Assembly (NCBI RefSeq): GCF_009914755.1
Contig: NC_060934.1
Source of the DNA: the human T2T-CHM13v2.0 reference genome, Homo sapiens
Strand: one strand, 5' to 3'
DNA: 64,000 nt
Shown in pieces: positions 1 to 11,810 of this stretch. The translations under genes and the position numbers were made by a program. How positions within the stretch are numbered: position 1 is the first letter of the stretch; each line of letters opens with the position of its first letter. The notes beneath the pieces were generated by a model. It had not been told where the DNA came from and searched no databases. It saw only the letters and a program-made list of their open reading frames with translations.

Positions 1-128
1 TCTGGAAGAGAATGCTGATGGTGAGGGAGGCTGGAGGGTTGCCGGGGGTAATGTGTGTGGGAACTCTCTGTACTTGCCAGTCAACTTTGCTGTGAAGCTA
101 AAACTACTCTAAAAAATAAATGCTATTA
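1..128 (+). mobile_element. Old L1M (L1MB/MC-type) 3' end fragment
   Basis: gggaactctctgtacttg...tgctgtgaagctaaaactactctaaaaaataaa resembles the recalled L1M 3' terminus. Confidence 0.65.
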
Positions 129-165
129 ATTTTTTTAAGCAAAGAGTGAAAAGCAGTCCACCCAG

Positions 166-173
166 TTTCTTTT

Positions 174-236
<63 letters not shown>

Positions 237-259
237 CTCTCTCTCTCTTTCTTTCTTTC
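166..259. repeat. (TTTC)n/(TC)n microsatellite
   Basis: Directly visible tetranucleotide run with a short TC interruption. Confidence 0.98.
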
Positions 260-271
260 ATGAACACTACC

Positions 272-870
272 ATAGTGGAAGCTACCTTACTCATGCTTGA
301 GTCAACCTGCTGAATTGATTAATGTTTCCCATTCTCTCTTCAAATATATTGAACAACGTATACGGCAATGCAGAAAACTTGGGACTAGAAAACCATTCAT
401 TAGCATGTGTACAAATTTCTGCACCTTCCAGAAGAGTTTGCCTCAATTATATGTTATTATGTGATAGTCAAGTATTATTAAATTGATATACCAGTATGAA
501 AAGAGAGCTGTTGAATATAATGAAATTAAGCTGGATATTTTGGAAGAACTCTATACAGCCAAGTTTTAAGGAAATTCTTCTCAAATTGGGAATGAGAGAA
601 ACAACAGCAAAGTATTGAAAAAAGTTTATTTCAAAAACTTCAGCAAAATTCTGTACCTACATTGCTTTGCAAGAGTTCTGCTTTAAATAATTGCACATTA
701 TTATAGGTATGGTTTATGCAAGAAAGATGATGCAGCACAACTTGGTCTCATTTACCTGTCTGAAGTTGAAAGAAAATGGTTATGGTTAACATGTTAAACT
801 TTATAATTTCAGCATTACCTCTGTATTCTGATGAGACAGCCCTAGTCATGATAACTGTGAGAATTTGTGC
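272..870 (+). mobile_element. Ancient TcMar-Tigger DNA transposon remnant (transposase N-terminal region)
   Basis: Degenerate coding-like stretch including tggtttatgcaagaaaga (WFMQER), like the CENP-B-type HTH region of Tigger transposases; boundaries approximate. Confidence 0.5.
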
Positions 871-2164
871 TTGACATTTTCTACATGGTTCAGGTACATG
901 GGGGTCTAATTGTGCTGAAATGCAGATGTGCCATACCCACAGATGATGCCTTTAGAACTCTGTCAACCTGTGTCGAACCCTTCTGAGGAGAATCTGAACA
1001 ATGTCATCTGAACCTTGGGTAATTCGCAGTCTATAAATTCCAGACCATTTTCAATGTAGGGCCCTCATTACAAGACAGGGCATCAGGCCTCAAAAACATC
1101 TGTGAGTCAGGTCCTGTGGGCTTTGCCACTGTCTCCAGCACACAATTCAAAGATGAGATGATATATGCCTATGTAGACACAGAAGGGGCAGTCATGGAGG
1201 GACAAGAAAGGCTTTTTTCATGGCTTTGTAACACTATTGAAGTTTTTTTTTAACAAAATCTACCTACAGGTTTCAGAGCCATGGAAACATGATCCATGGT
1301 TCCTTTCGATGTTCTTTTCATTGTGCTTTCCAAGGACTATTGACATTTCATCCATAACAGCAGGGTATGTTTTTAATGGGTTGGTAGAAAACATACTTAT
1401 CCAAATATAGGCCTCGTGGTATATTTGTCATGCAACTTGGCCTTGCAGTTGGAGTTGAAAGCTGCTGCTGTCAAAGGAAATATTTGGGTGACTCAGCCAA
1501 GAAAGCAGTTTATTGGTTTTGGCAGCAGACAACAGGTGAATATTTCATGGAGGAGAGAGGTTTTAATAGTTGTTTATACAATCTGCCCAGCCATGGCCAA
1601 GGTTGTTTAGATTGGTGAATTGAACAATATTTCATTCCTCATGAGCCTGCTGACTTCTGTTGATGGGTTGATGATGCCACTATTTGCTTTACATGATTGG
1701 GGTAAATTTCTCACTTCACCAATATAGTCTCCAGCTCCCTGGAGGAGCAACATCTAGGGATTGGGGCATCTGTGCTAGACAAGCTCCTTTAGTCCTCTGC
1801 CAATTTGGCAGGAGCCTACAGAAAATTCCTGCTGCACCTTTTTAATGATTGTGGAAGTCTACATGGCTCAGTGACTCTGGTTAGAGTGCATTTTATCACA
1901 AGAGCTTGCCTGTGTGTGTGAGTAGATTACAGCATGTCGGCTACCCACTTTCCCAGGGAGGCTGGATGCACTGGATATGCACAGTAAGGACGCCCTGGTC
2001 TACGGTGCTGGGAAGGTCAGATAAATTGGTATGACATGTCAGAAGCCATAGCATTTACAATTATAGTATGCAAAACATGCTCACACACACACAGACACAG
2101 AAATGAGTCAATGGGTCTGAGAAGCCATGGGGTATATTTTAAAGGGCATTTCCTTAAAACACAG

Positions 2165-2308
2165 ACGGTCAGGATTCTACTATCAATATTTACCACCTTT
2201 GTGACTTTGAGTAGCTCCCTGTGTAGGAAGGAACCTCAGTTTCCAGCGTATGTTAGGGGGTTTGGAGAGTTGGCTTTTAAGCCATCATCCAGATTTGACA
2301 TTCTATGA
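2165..2308 (+). mobile_element. MIR fragment
   Basis: tgtgactttg...cctcagtttcc...gacattctatga MIR core and 3' motifs. Confidence 0.5.
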
Positions 2309-2681
2309 TGAAAAGAAAAACTCTGAAGCAAAGTGCTTTGATCATAGGACTAAGAAGAGTAAGATTCAGATGGAGAAGACTTTAGTGAAATATCAGAGGA
2401 CAACAGGCATTTGTGTTCTACAGAATGAGCATAGGCTGAGGAGAAGGAACCAGCCCCACCTTTGCTGGCCATATGGCCAAGTGCAGGTCTGGGTCAATGA
2501 AACCAGAACAACAATGCCTGCCTCACCTGGACACAGGGGACTGGTGGAGCTCGAGTGAAGAAACACTCTGTAGAGGAGAAAACACTGTACATATGTGAGA
2601 GGAATGTATCTGCGTATTTGCAGCACTAAAATGGCTTGCCCAGTGCAGTCCATGGTGATTCATGTACCTTTTACCATCTTT

Positions 2682-3074
2682 TTTAAAATTATTATTATAC
2701 ATTAAGTTCTGGGATTCATGTGCAGAACGTGCAGATTTGTTACATAGGTATACATATGCCATTGTGGTTTGCTGCACCCATCAACCTGTCATCTAGGTTT
2801 TAAGCCCTGCATGCATTAGGTATCTGTCTTAATGCTCTCCCTCCCCTTGCCCCGCACCCCCTGACAGGTCCCAGTCTGTGATGTTCCCCTCCCTGTGTCC
2901 ATGTGTTCTTATTGTTCAACTCCCACTTATGAGTGAGAACATGCGGTGTTTGCTTTTCTGTTCCTGTGTTAGTTTGCTGAGAATAATAGTTTTCAGCTTC
3001 ATCTACGTCCCTGCAAAAGACATGAATTCATTCTTTTTTATGGCTGCATAGTATTCCATGGTGTATATGTACCA
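2682..3074 (-). mobile_element. L1PA7/8-like 3' end (non-inverted arm of a 5'-inverted L1)
   Basis: aagttctgggattcatgtgcagaacgtgcag...ttttaagccctgcatgcattagg is the L1PA 3'UTR in antisense, preceded by a T-rich tail. Confidence 0.93.
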
Positions 3075-3578
3075 AATTTACAAGAAAAAAACAAACAACC
3101 CCATCAAAAAGTGGGCAAAGGATATGAACAGACACTTCTCAAAAGAAGACATTTATGCAGCCAATAAACATATGAAAAAAAGCTCATCATCACTGGTCAT
3201 TAGAGATATGCAAATCAAAACCACAATGAGATACAATCTCACACCAATTACTATGGCGATCATTAAAAAGTCAGGAAACAACAGATGCTGGAGAGGATGT
3301 GGAGAAATAGGAACCCTTTTACACTGTTGGTGGGAGTGTAAATTAGTTCAACCATTGTGGAAGACAGTGTGCGATTCCTCAAGGATCTAGAACCAGAAAT
3401 ACTATTTGACCCAGCAATCCTATTACTGGGTATATACCCAAAGAATTATAAATCATTCTGCTATGAAGACACATGCACATGTATGTTTATTGCAGCACTA
3501 TTTACAATAGTGAAGACTTGGAACCAACCCAAATGCCCATCAATGATACACTGGATAAAGAAAATTTGGCACATATAC
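3073..3578 (+). mobile_element. L1PA ORF2 C-terminal segment (inverted arm of the same L1)
   Basis: Translates to [22 protein letters not shown]...[19 protein letters not shown], the L1 ORF2 C-terminal cysteine-rich region; ends where the antisense arm begins. Confidence 0.93.
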
Positions 3579-3587
3579 CATCTTTTT

Positions 3588-3887
3588 CTTTTTATTTCTT
3601 TGAAACAGAGTCTCGCTCTATTGCCCAGGCGGGAGGGCAGTGGCCCAATCTTGGCTCACTGCAACCTCCACCTCCTGGGTTCAAGCAATTCTCCCACCTC
3701 AGCCCTCCTGAGTAGCTGGGATTATAGGTGCACGCCACCACCAAGCCTGGCTAATTTTTGTAGTTTTAGTAGAAACAGGGTTTCACCACGTTGGCCAGGC
3801 TGATCTCAAATTCCTGACCTCAGGTGATATGCCTGCCTTGGCCTCTGACAGTACTGGGACTACAGGTGTGAGCCACTGCACCTGACC
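3588..3887 (-). mobile_element. AluS (Sx/Sz-like), full length
   Basis: Antisense Alu dimer with T-tail at 3582-3601; TSD ct[t/a]ttaccatcttt at 2668-2681 and 3888-3901. Confidence 0.95.
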
Positions 3888-4009
3888 CTATTACCATCTT
3901 TATTGGGGGTCATTATATGGAATACTGGCACTTCTAATAATAATAATCTAATTATCTTCTAGGAACGATTTTCTAATAATAATTCTCTTCCTGTAATACT
4001 GGTACTTCT

Positions 4010-4210
4010 AATAGCTCCATTTATTGTTGCCTGACATGTGCTAAGCACCTGCCAAGCATTAAAGTTCATTATTTCATTTAATCCTCACAAGCCAACAAAG
4101 AATGTATCATCTACCGCATTTTGCATTTGAGGAAATGAAGACTTAGGAAGGCTAAGATACTTATGTAAGGTTTTTCCCCTAACTGGACTCAGCAGCTTAA
4201 CTCCCACATG
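4010..4210 (-). mobile_element. MIR
   Basis: catttattg...tttcatttaatcctcacaa...tgaggaaatgaagacttag. Confidence 0.75.
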
Positions 4211-4397
4211 GGTCTTTACGAAGCTCATGAAGCTGAACATATTCTCCGTATTGAAAAGAGTGACTCCAGAGTAAGAAAAGCATTCATACTCTTGGATTAG
4301 GCTCCTTTTCATTGCTTCCCATATCATTTTAATAGCGGATCCCATTTTCTCAGGACCCCACAGTTATTGAAGTTTTGTGAAGAACTGCTACGAGGCC

Positions 4398-4540
4398 GTC
4401 TCTCCCTCACCTTCCCTTCTCCTCTATCTCCCCAACTCTTCCCATCCTCCCTCACCTCCCGTCTCCTCCCATCCCCCCTCACCTCCCCACTGCCCCCAAT
4501 CTCTCCTCTCACCTCCCATCTCCCCCTCGGCCCCCGTCTC
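4398..4540. repeat. C-rich low-complexity block (cccatccccctcacctc motif)
   Basis: Same motif as the larger array at 5450-6105. Confidence 0.8.
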
Positions 4541-5199
4541 CCGAGACACCTCTGGCAATGGTGCGTGGGCTGTGGACAGGTGGTGCAGGGCAGGGGAGCC
4601 CTGAATTAGTTTGACTCTCATTTGCTCTCCAGAGCAACCCTGTGACATGAGCAGGGTACAATTTTTAATCCTATTTTTAGGAATGGAAAATTGGAATTCA
4701 GAGAGTTTTCTTTTGATATCTCATTTCTCCCTCCTGAACGGAGTCAGCTCCCGCCAATTTTTGTTCTGTGGGAAACAGCTTTGTCTTGCGGGTGTGGAAG
4801 AATAAGTCATCCAATGGTCCCCGCTGACTCACCCACTGCGCCCACTGCAGTCACTCCCAGGGACCCTTTAGAGGGGGAAAATGCAATTTTGTAATGAGCC
4901 AGATTAATTTAGTGATTTCCATTATTCATTTTCAGTTTAGATTAGTCATTCCCATTATTCATTTTCAAAACATCCTAGAGCTCTGGACTTTTCCTGAACT
5001 TACAGTGTAAATTTCAGCTCTGAAGACAGTTGTCTAAGTGGTCAAGATATGAGGAAGTCAATCCTTCTCTGTCTCAAGCACTGGCTTGCCCTGTAAGTAC
5101 CTGCCTACGAAGGGTCGCCTGGCTGCACCCCTGCTCACCTGAGTGACTTGGCTCCCTGTGTAGGCACCCCCTGTACACACTCTATGACACTGCCATGTG

Positions 5200-5358
5200 C
5201 CATACACACACACACACATACATGTGTTTGGAAGACTACTTGACCATGAGTTCAACAATATTTTCAATCATAATCATGTTTTTTGTATATGTGCATGCAT
5301 GTGTATGTGTGGGGTGTGTGTGTGTGTATATATATATGTGTGTGTATGTGTGTGTGTA
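5200..5358. repeat. (CA)n / (TG)n-(TA)n degenerate microsatellites
   Basis: Directly visible. Confidence 0.85.
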
Positions 5359-5449
5359 TTACAACCATGGCACCCTTGCATACATCCACATAAGCCACAC
5401 ACACAGGTAAGGTTTGAACTGCTGAACTAAGTCTTGGCAGAACACCTTG

Positions 5450-6105
5450 TCATCTCCCTATCTCCCCTGTGTCTCTTCTCACTTCGCCATCTCTCCCATC
5501 CCCTTCTCACCTCCCCATTTCTCCCATCCCCCTCTCACCTCCCCATCTCCCCGATCCCACTCACCTCCCATCTCCCTATCCCCTCCATCCCCATCTCTCC
5601 CATCCCCTTCTCACCTCCTCATCTCCCCCCATTCCCTCTCACCTCCCATCTCTCCCATCCCCTCTAACCTCCATCTTTCCCGTTTCTCCTCTCACCCTCA
5701 TCTCTCCCGTCCCCCCTCAACTCCCATCTCTCCCATCCCCCTCTCACCTCCATCTCCCCCATTTCTCCTCTCACCCCCATGTCCCCCATCCTCCTTTCAC
5801 CCCCATCTCCCCCACCCCCCGTCACCTCCATCTCTCCCATCCCCCTCTCACTCCCATTTCCCCATCCCCTCTCACCTCCCATCTCTCCCATCCCCTCAAC
5901 TCCATCTCTCCCATCTCCCCTAAGCTCCATCTTTCCCGTTTCTCCTCTCACCCCCCATCTCTCCCAACCCCCTCTCACCTCCATCTCCCCCATCCCCCTC
6001 TCACCTCCATCTCCCCCATCCCCCTCTCACCTCCTTCTCCTCCTGTCTCTCCTCTCACCTCCACATCTCCCCTCCCCATCTCCCCTCATCCCCCTCTCAC
6101 CTTCC
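5450..6105. repeat. C-rich degenerate minisatellite, unit ~27 bp (ccatctctcccatccccctctcacctc)
   Basis: Repeated motif across ~650 bp, almost no G on the + strand. Confidence 0.92.
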
Positions 6106-6452
6106 TGTCTTCCCTGGAGGCTGCCATGAGACTGTTTCTTGTCCTCTCCCTAGTTCTGATGAAGTGGGAGGCCTTAGCCCCCACCCCCTCAGGGCACAGC
6201 TGCAGCCTGGAAGCCCTCAGCTGTAGTCTGGGCCTGGCTCCTCAGCCAAGGAATCTGGTCATTCAGGCTGCTGTCATCTGATCACTTCTGTCTCAGTGTC
6301 TCCTGGGTTAGGCACAAGGAACTGACACCTTTGGCTGCTCTTCCTTCTGCTGTTCATGCGAGTAATGAGCAGTCTTTACCTGAAAACAATTCCTTGTCCT
6401 TAGGGGTTAAATCTGCCAGGCCTTGGTCCTGGCCTTTGCCTGGTGCTTGTCA

Positions 6453-6586
6453 ATGTGTATGTGCATGTGTGTGTATGTGTGTGTGGGTGTGTGTGCATGT
6501 GTATACGTGTGTGTGCATGTGTATATATGTGTGTATGTGTGTGTGCATATGTATATGTGTGTGTACGTGTGTGTGTGTGTGTATGT
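6453..6586. repeat. (TG)n-type degenerate microsatellite
   Basis: Directly visible. Confidence 0.95.
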
Positions 6587-6831
6587 TTTAAACAAAAAAG
6601 AGACAGTCTCACACCCCATCCCGTCCCCCTGCCCAGTCCTTTTTCTTAAGGCTGTCGTCTTTAGCTTTTTCTGTGCTTAGTGTATCTCTTCATAAATCTA
6701 AGAACATGAAAATATTTCCATGCCTCGTTCCCCAGCTCCAGGCCAGTGCCTACGAGGTGTGTGAGGACTCAGCTCCCTGAACACAGCACTCCTGACTCTC
6801 CCGGCGCAAGCCTTTTCCAAAAGGTCACAGC

Positions 6832-7075
6832 TTATTTATCAGCCACTTACGTAGTGCTCACGATTGCAAGCCCTATCTGAGAACTTTACAAATGTTAACT
6901 CATTTCATCTTCGTAACAACCTCGAGGTAGATGCTATTGCTAATTATCCTTTATAGATGAGGAGGAAAAGCAACAGAGAGCTTAATTAAGTTGCTCAAGG
7001 CAATGAAGCAAGTAGGTGCCAGGGCTGGGATTTGAACCCACGCTGGCTGGCACCAGAGTATGGGCTTGGAACCAC
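6832..7075 (-). mobile_element. MIR
   Basis: ctcatttcatcttcgtaacaacctcgaggtag...ttatagatgaggagg...gggctgggatttgaaccc. Confidence 0.85.
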
Positions 7076-7919
7076 TCACCTACAGATGATCTCTTCCTTG
7101 TTCTATGGTTTTATTCGTTAATTTAAAGGACATATGGCTACCTCCACTCCTTGTATTTTCATTAGGTTTCCCTCATGAAAGATGAAAATATTTCTCTCTC
7201 TCATTTCTACCTTTTGCCTTCTGTCAGTTTTACTTTTTGTTGTGGTTTTAATAATCTTAGTCTGTTTTGCAATCATAATTATGTCTTCCATACTTTCTCT
7301 ATGGTTGGATTCAAAATTTTAAAAGTTAAGTAATAATATTAACATTGTTATGACTGAAAATATTGTACATTTCATGGTAAAGTAGTCTGCCAGAATTATA
7401 TCTCTGTATGGGTGCATGATATAATCCCTGGATGACAAATGTTCATAGTGTTCAGATAAAATATATTGTTTTCTCATTCTGCATCAATTGCTTAAAATAA
7501 GGTGTTGCTTTTATTTGGGCCACTGTTTTCAGCACTTTATTGGAGTTTTAATTGCCTTTCTTGTTGCTATTGTCAAAAAAAAATACTGTGCCTTCAATAC
7601 ATCCTCGAGTTCCTCCAAAACCTCAATATAACAGCAATGGCATGAAATGCTGTTTTTCCCCCCGAGATTTCCTTCTTGGAGTCTTCTGATTCGCTGCTAC
7701 AATCTCAAAGGTTGTTCTCTTGATAAGCTGCAGAGCTGTCATCCTCAGACTTACTTACAGCCTCTCTGGGTTTGACTTCCTGTTTTCAGGATCTCGTTTC
7801 TTTTTATGTTTCTGGCTACTTACTTTCTTGGAGTATCCTCCAGTGGCGCTGGCCACCAAGGGTGTCTTCAGTCCTCTCGGTATGGAGCTGCGGTTCAGAT
7901 GCCTCCTCTGGATCCCCTG

Positions 7920-8055
7920 TTGCTCTGCACAATTGACAGTATTTACTTTTTTCCTCCAATGAGTTGCTCTTCCACCTTTATCAGAAGTCAGCTGGGCATA
8001 TTTGTGTGACTCTATTTCTGAATTCTCTATTCTGTTCCATTTGTCTATTTCAGAG
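7920..8055 (-). mobile_element. Old L1 ORF2 fragment
   Basis: Minus-strand translation IDKWNRIENSEIESHKYAQLTSDKG resembles L1 ORF2 IDQWNRIE.PE...Y.QL.FDK. Confidence 0.8.
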
Positions 8056-10194
8056 TGCGTCCTCACTCACAGTCTCCATCAGTCCTTCATGTTAGGCTGA
8101 AATCAGTGCTGTGATTTCAATTGCACAGACATAGACAGCAAGGCTGAAAGGGCTTCAGTGACGTGCACTTCACCACACGGCCAGTCTTGACACACAGCAA
8201 GTCAACAGGGCATATTTTGTTCCTCATTCCCATGCTCATCCCATGTTCATTCTGCAGCATGCAAATGTCAGTTGTCCTCTGATATTTCAATAACTCTTTC
8301 TTTAATAATGAACACACAATGTTAACAGCTAGAACAGAAGATACAAGGAGACAGGATAACATCCCACAGTCAACTTTGAATGCTGAACTGTGCATAATTG
8401 CAGATAGCATTTGCTACAGAGAGTTTGAACAGCAGCAGACACAAAATTCTCATTCTAATTGCTGGTGTGCATAGACCCAAAGCACATTCTGATATTTTGA
8501 CCAATTCGGAGACATCGGCATGCTCATTTTAATGAAACTGGTGTCTAGAATTCTGTTGCTATAAGTGGGCAATAAGTGGTATGGAGGGACAAGACAAAGT
8601 GCTCAGCCCAACATCCTTTCCCAGCTTCCATAGAGAAGCCCTAGAAGCCAAGGGCTCCAGCAAGCATGGGGGTGCCATGCAAGTCAGCTCTTTCAGCAGT
8701 GATCAATACTGACGACGCAGGCAGCTGGAAGGAAGAGCTCCTCTGGCTGAGGTTTATTTTCTTCTGTTATCTCCCTTGGTAAAGTCTAAAACAAAACACA
8801 GGCTAGTTTCACTGTAGGGAAGAAGAAAGAATACATGAGAGTATTTTCCTTTTAATCACTCAATTTCAGTGGCAGTTGGCGCAAATTATACTTTTCCTTT
8901 GATTAATGTTATTTTCCATTTGGAAGGATTGGCTTAACTTTGTCCTCTTGATTAAATAGAAGATGTGAAGTTTGAACAATTTCTTAAATAGCTTTGAAAT
9001 TGTGTTATAAATAGATACAGAATCTAAAACCAAGAAACTTATTGTTAAGAAACCCTCTGTTTTACCTGAATTATAAATGGAAAAGCAAATAGTGACATAC
9101 AGATTGTTTTAATCTAGACATTAGCCAGTGTTCTCTGGTTTACTTATACTTTTAAGTTTCTCAAAGCAAGACATGTAAAACAAATGTGAATCATATATTA
9201 TGCATTCTAACCATGGAATGTTTTTATATTTGTGCATAATAGAAGCTTTATGTGTGTATTTTTTGCAGTCTGGAAAGTTTTAATATATTAACCATTTGAT
9301 ACTAGTTCAGTTAAAAACGATGTATGTATTACAATTCAGAAATTTCTGCAAGATTCCTTCTTGAATTACCTGACAGTCCCTAATTCACACCTTGAGGCCA
9401 GATGATTCTAAGCTGGGCAGGGTGGTGAATCCATCCCACAGCCAAACCATGAAGCGTAGCTCAGTACCATTAATGAACCCTATACCTCAATGTCTCATGC
9501 CACTATGAAATTCTCTGCAAGTCCAATTTTATGATCAGAGATATATCCCAGATTTTTGCTTTTGAAGTAAACTTCCTTATAGATTTACAGAGAACACTGC
9601 CAAGAAACTGAGTTCTAATGCATTGTCATCCTTAGGGGCCAGCCTTGCTTTGGGAAATGTCCACTAAAGGATGCGCTTAGAGGAATTCAGACATCTTTAG
9701 ATCTCTGGATCCCATCCAAGTTGCACACGGGCCCATTTGGCACTGGTCTGCTCCGGCTTTCCCACAGGGCTCTGGAAGTGCTCCAGGAGCTCATTTAGGC
9801 TCTACCTCGACACAAGAGTTTGCACCAGAAAGGAATCACGAAAGAGACCAGCCTCAGGCACCAGAGTTGCAGAAGAGAGCTAGAGAAGATGGACAGGGAT
9901 GAGTATGTCTGCCCTGGAGTTTGACCCAGCCACTTGGGAAGCACACTGGGGCAGGGAGCCTCAGTTCTTGACCACAAGGAGGGAAGGGCCAGGCATTCAG
10001 CAGGGGCTCCCAGGTGTGGGTGTTTAGGGTCTGCTGAACACCTAGCTTCCAGAGCACTCCGTAAACTGATCAGGATTGCCACAGAAAACAAGAAACATAA
10101 TGTGTGTTCATCTATGTGCACACACACAAAAGAAATGCATAGAAAGAGGTGATTTCTCTCAACAGCCAGTGAGGGAACAGATAGAAGGAAACCT

Positions 10195-10335
10195 GAATTG
10201 TAATTCCCTGACACCAATTTATGGTGCATAACCCTTTGCAAGTCTCTGATATCCTCTGTGCCTCAGTTTCCTCATCTGTGCAGTGAGGTTATGGATGAGG
10301 AAGTACCTTAAGTCTCATCTAGATCTTCCATTTAT
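10195..10335 (+). mobile_element. MIR
   Basis: cctctgtgcctcagtttcctcatctgtg MIR core. Confidence 0.8.
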
Positions 10336-10599
10336 CTGGACTTAAGAACACTGGGAGGAAGTCACACTTCTGACTGCCATGCCAGTTACAAAGCATTGGT
10401 GACTAATATATCATTGGAAGTAGAAATAAGTGGTAGGGATATGTATCCAAAACATACATGCACTTTCCTTTTAAGGAAGGTAAATTGTGACTCTCAAGCC
10501 TTTTCTGCCCCTAGACTACAAGCCTTCCTTCACAGAACATTAGCACCTGCAAAATGTAGGTTAAAAATAAGGAACTCAATAAAGTCAATCATTTGAAAA

Positions 10600-11810
10600 C
10601 AAAATTACTAGCAAGTCATTAAGAAAAAGTTGAATGTCCAAGACAATGATCAAAAGATCTGAACCAGGAATTTACCAAAGGTGCAAATGGCCAATTAGCA
10701 TGCAAATATTTACTCTTAATAGCTATTATGTCAATGCTAATTAATAGCATATTATATCCTTAGGTTGTCAGTGAAATGAATAAGCCAAGTACTGTAGAAC
10801 TGTAAATTACTTCTTTTTCAATTTTCAGAGAGAAACTAGGCATTATAAAACAAGAGCTTTAAATGTTTTAAAGCCCTTTGACTTGGAAATTCTGTTTTCC
10901 AAAATGTATTCTGAGGACACATTCACACATGTGTATTAAATTTATGTGATAATGTTCATAATAATAAAAACAAAACAATTGAAATAATTACATTTATTTT
11001 GACACACCCAAATGATGTCATTAACACTTTTGCTTTTGAAAAACATTCAATAATATTGGAAATGCTACAATGTAAAATGAGAATAGAAAGATATAGATAT
11101 ATCATATATATATACATAGTATGATCCCAATTCTGCAATTATAAAGACTAATATGGCATGTGGTTTTATTTTATTTTACTTTACTCTGTTTTCCAAATTC
11201 CAAACAATAAATATATATTTCTATCATAACAATAAGTATTATTTTTAAATGGATCAACATTGGAAAACCCTTTGGCTGTATCTCCTCCATCTTAACATCC
11301 ACCCCATCTAGGACTGAGCAATTCTACTCCTAGGCATATGCTCAACAAAAGTGCATACATATGCTCACCAAATCTCATATTCTAAAACATTCACAGCAGT
11401 GTTATTTATAATACCCTAAGGCTGAAAACTATACAAATGTCCATTAGTAATAAATTAATAAATGGTGATCTATTCCCACAACAGGGTACATACGGCAATG
11501 AGAGTGAGTGACGTGCAACTGTATGGAACGACACAGATCAACTCACCAATAGCATGTAAAGCTCAGTGACAGAAGCCAGATAGAAAAGACACGTGCTTTA
11601 TCATTCCATTTATATAAATTACAAAAACTGGCCTAGTTAAGTTGCTAGTTACTCTCAGGAGATGGAGACTGCAAGAAATTGCGGGGGCTTATGGGGCATC
11701 ATGTACAGTGTCTCCATCTGGGTGTGTGTAGTTTGTAAAAATCCATGCAAATGTGCATCTCTGTGCCCTTTTCTGTGTGCTTATCATACCTCCACAAGAT
11801 GTTTTAAAAT
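10600..11810 (+). mobile_element. Old L1ME-type 3' fragments (probably two elements)
   Basis: gcaattctactcctaggcatatg..., attcacagcagtgttatttataa, cattccatttatataaattacaaaaactgg motifs. Confidence 0.7.

Noticed and set aside
1100-2115. Three AP-1 (TGASTCA) sites within ~1 kb
   Set aside because: The number I spotted across the window (~11) is near chance for a 7-mer in 64 kb; no independent support
3058-3803. ORFs with L1 ORF2 and Alu-derived peptides
   Set aside because: Fragments of a truncated L1 and an antisense Alu, not genes
5434-6281. Pro/Ser/His-rich ORFs up to 270 aa
   Set aside because: Artefacts of the C-rich minisatellite
7848-7868. CTCF-like tggccaccaagggtgtc
   Set aside because: Several mismatches in the core; not supportable without ChIP data
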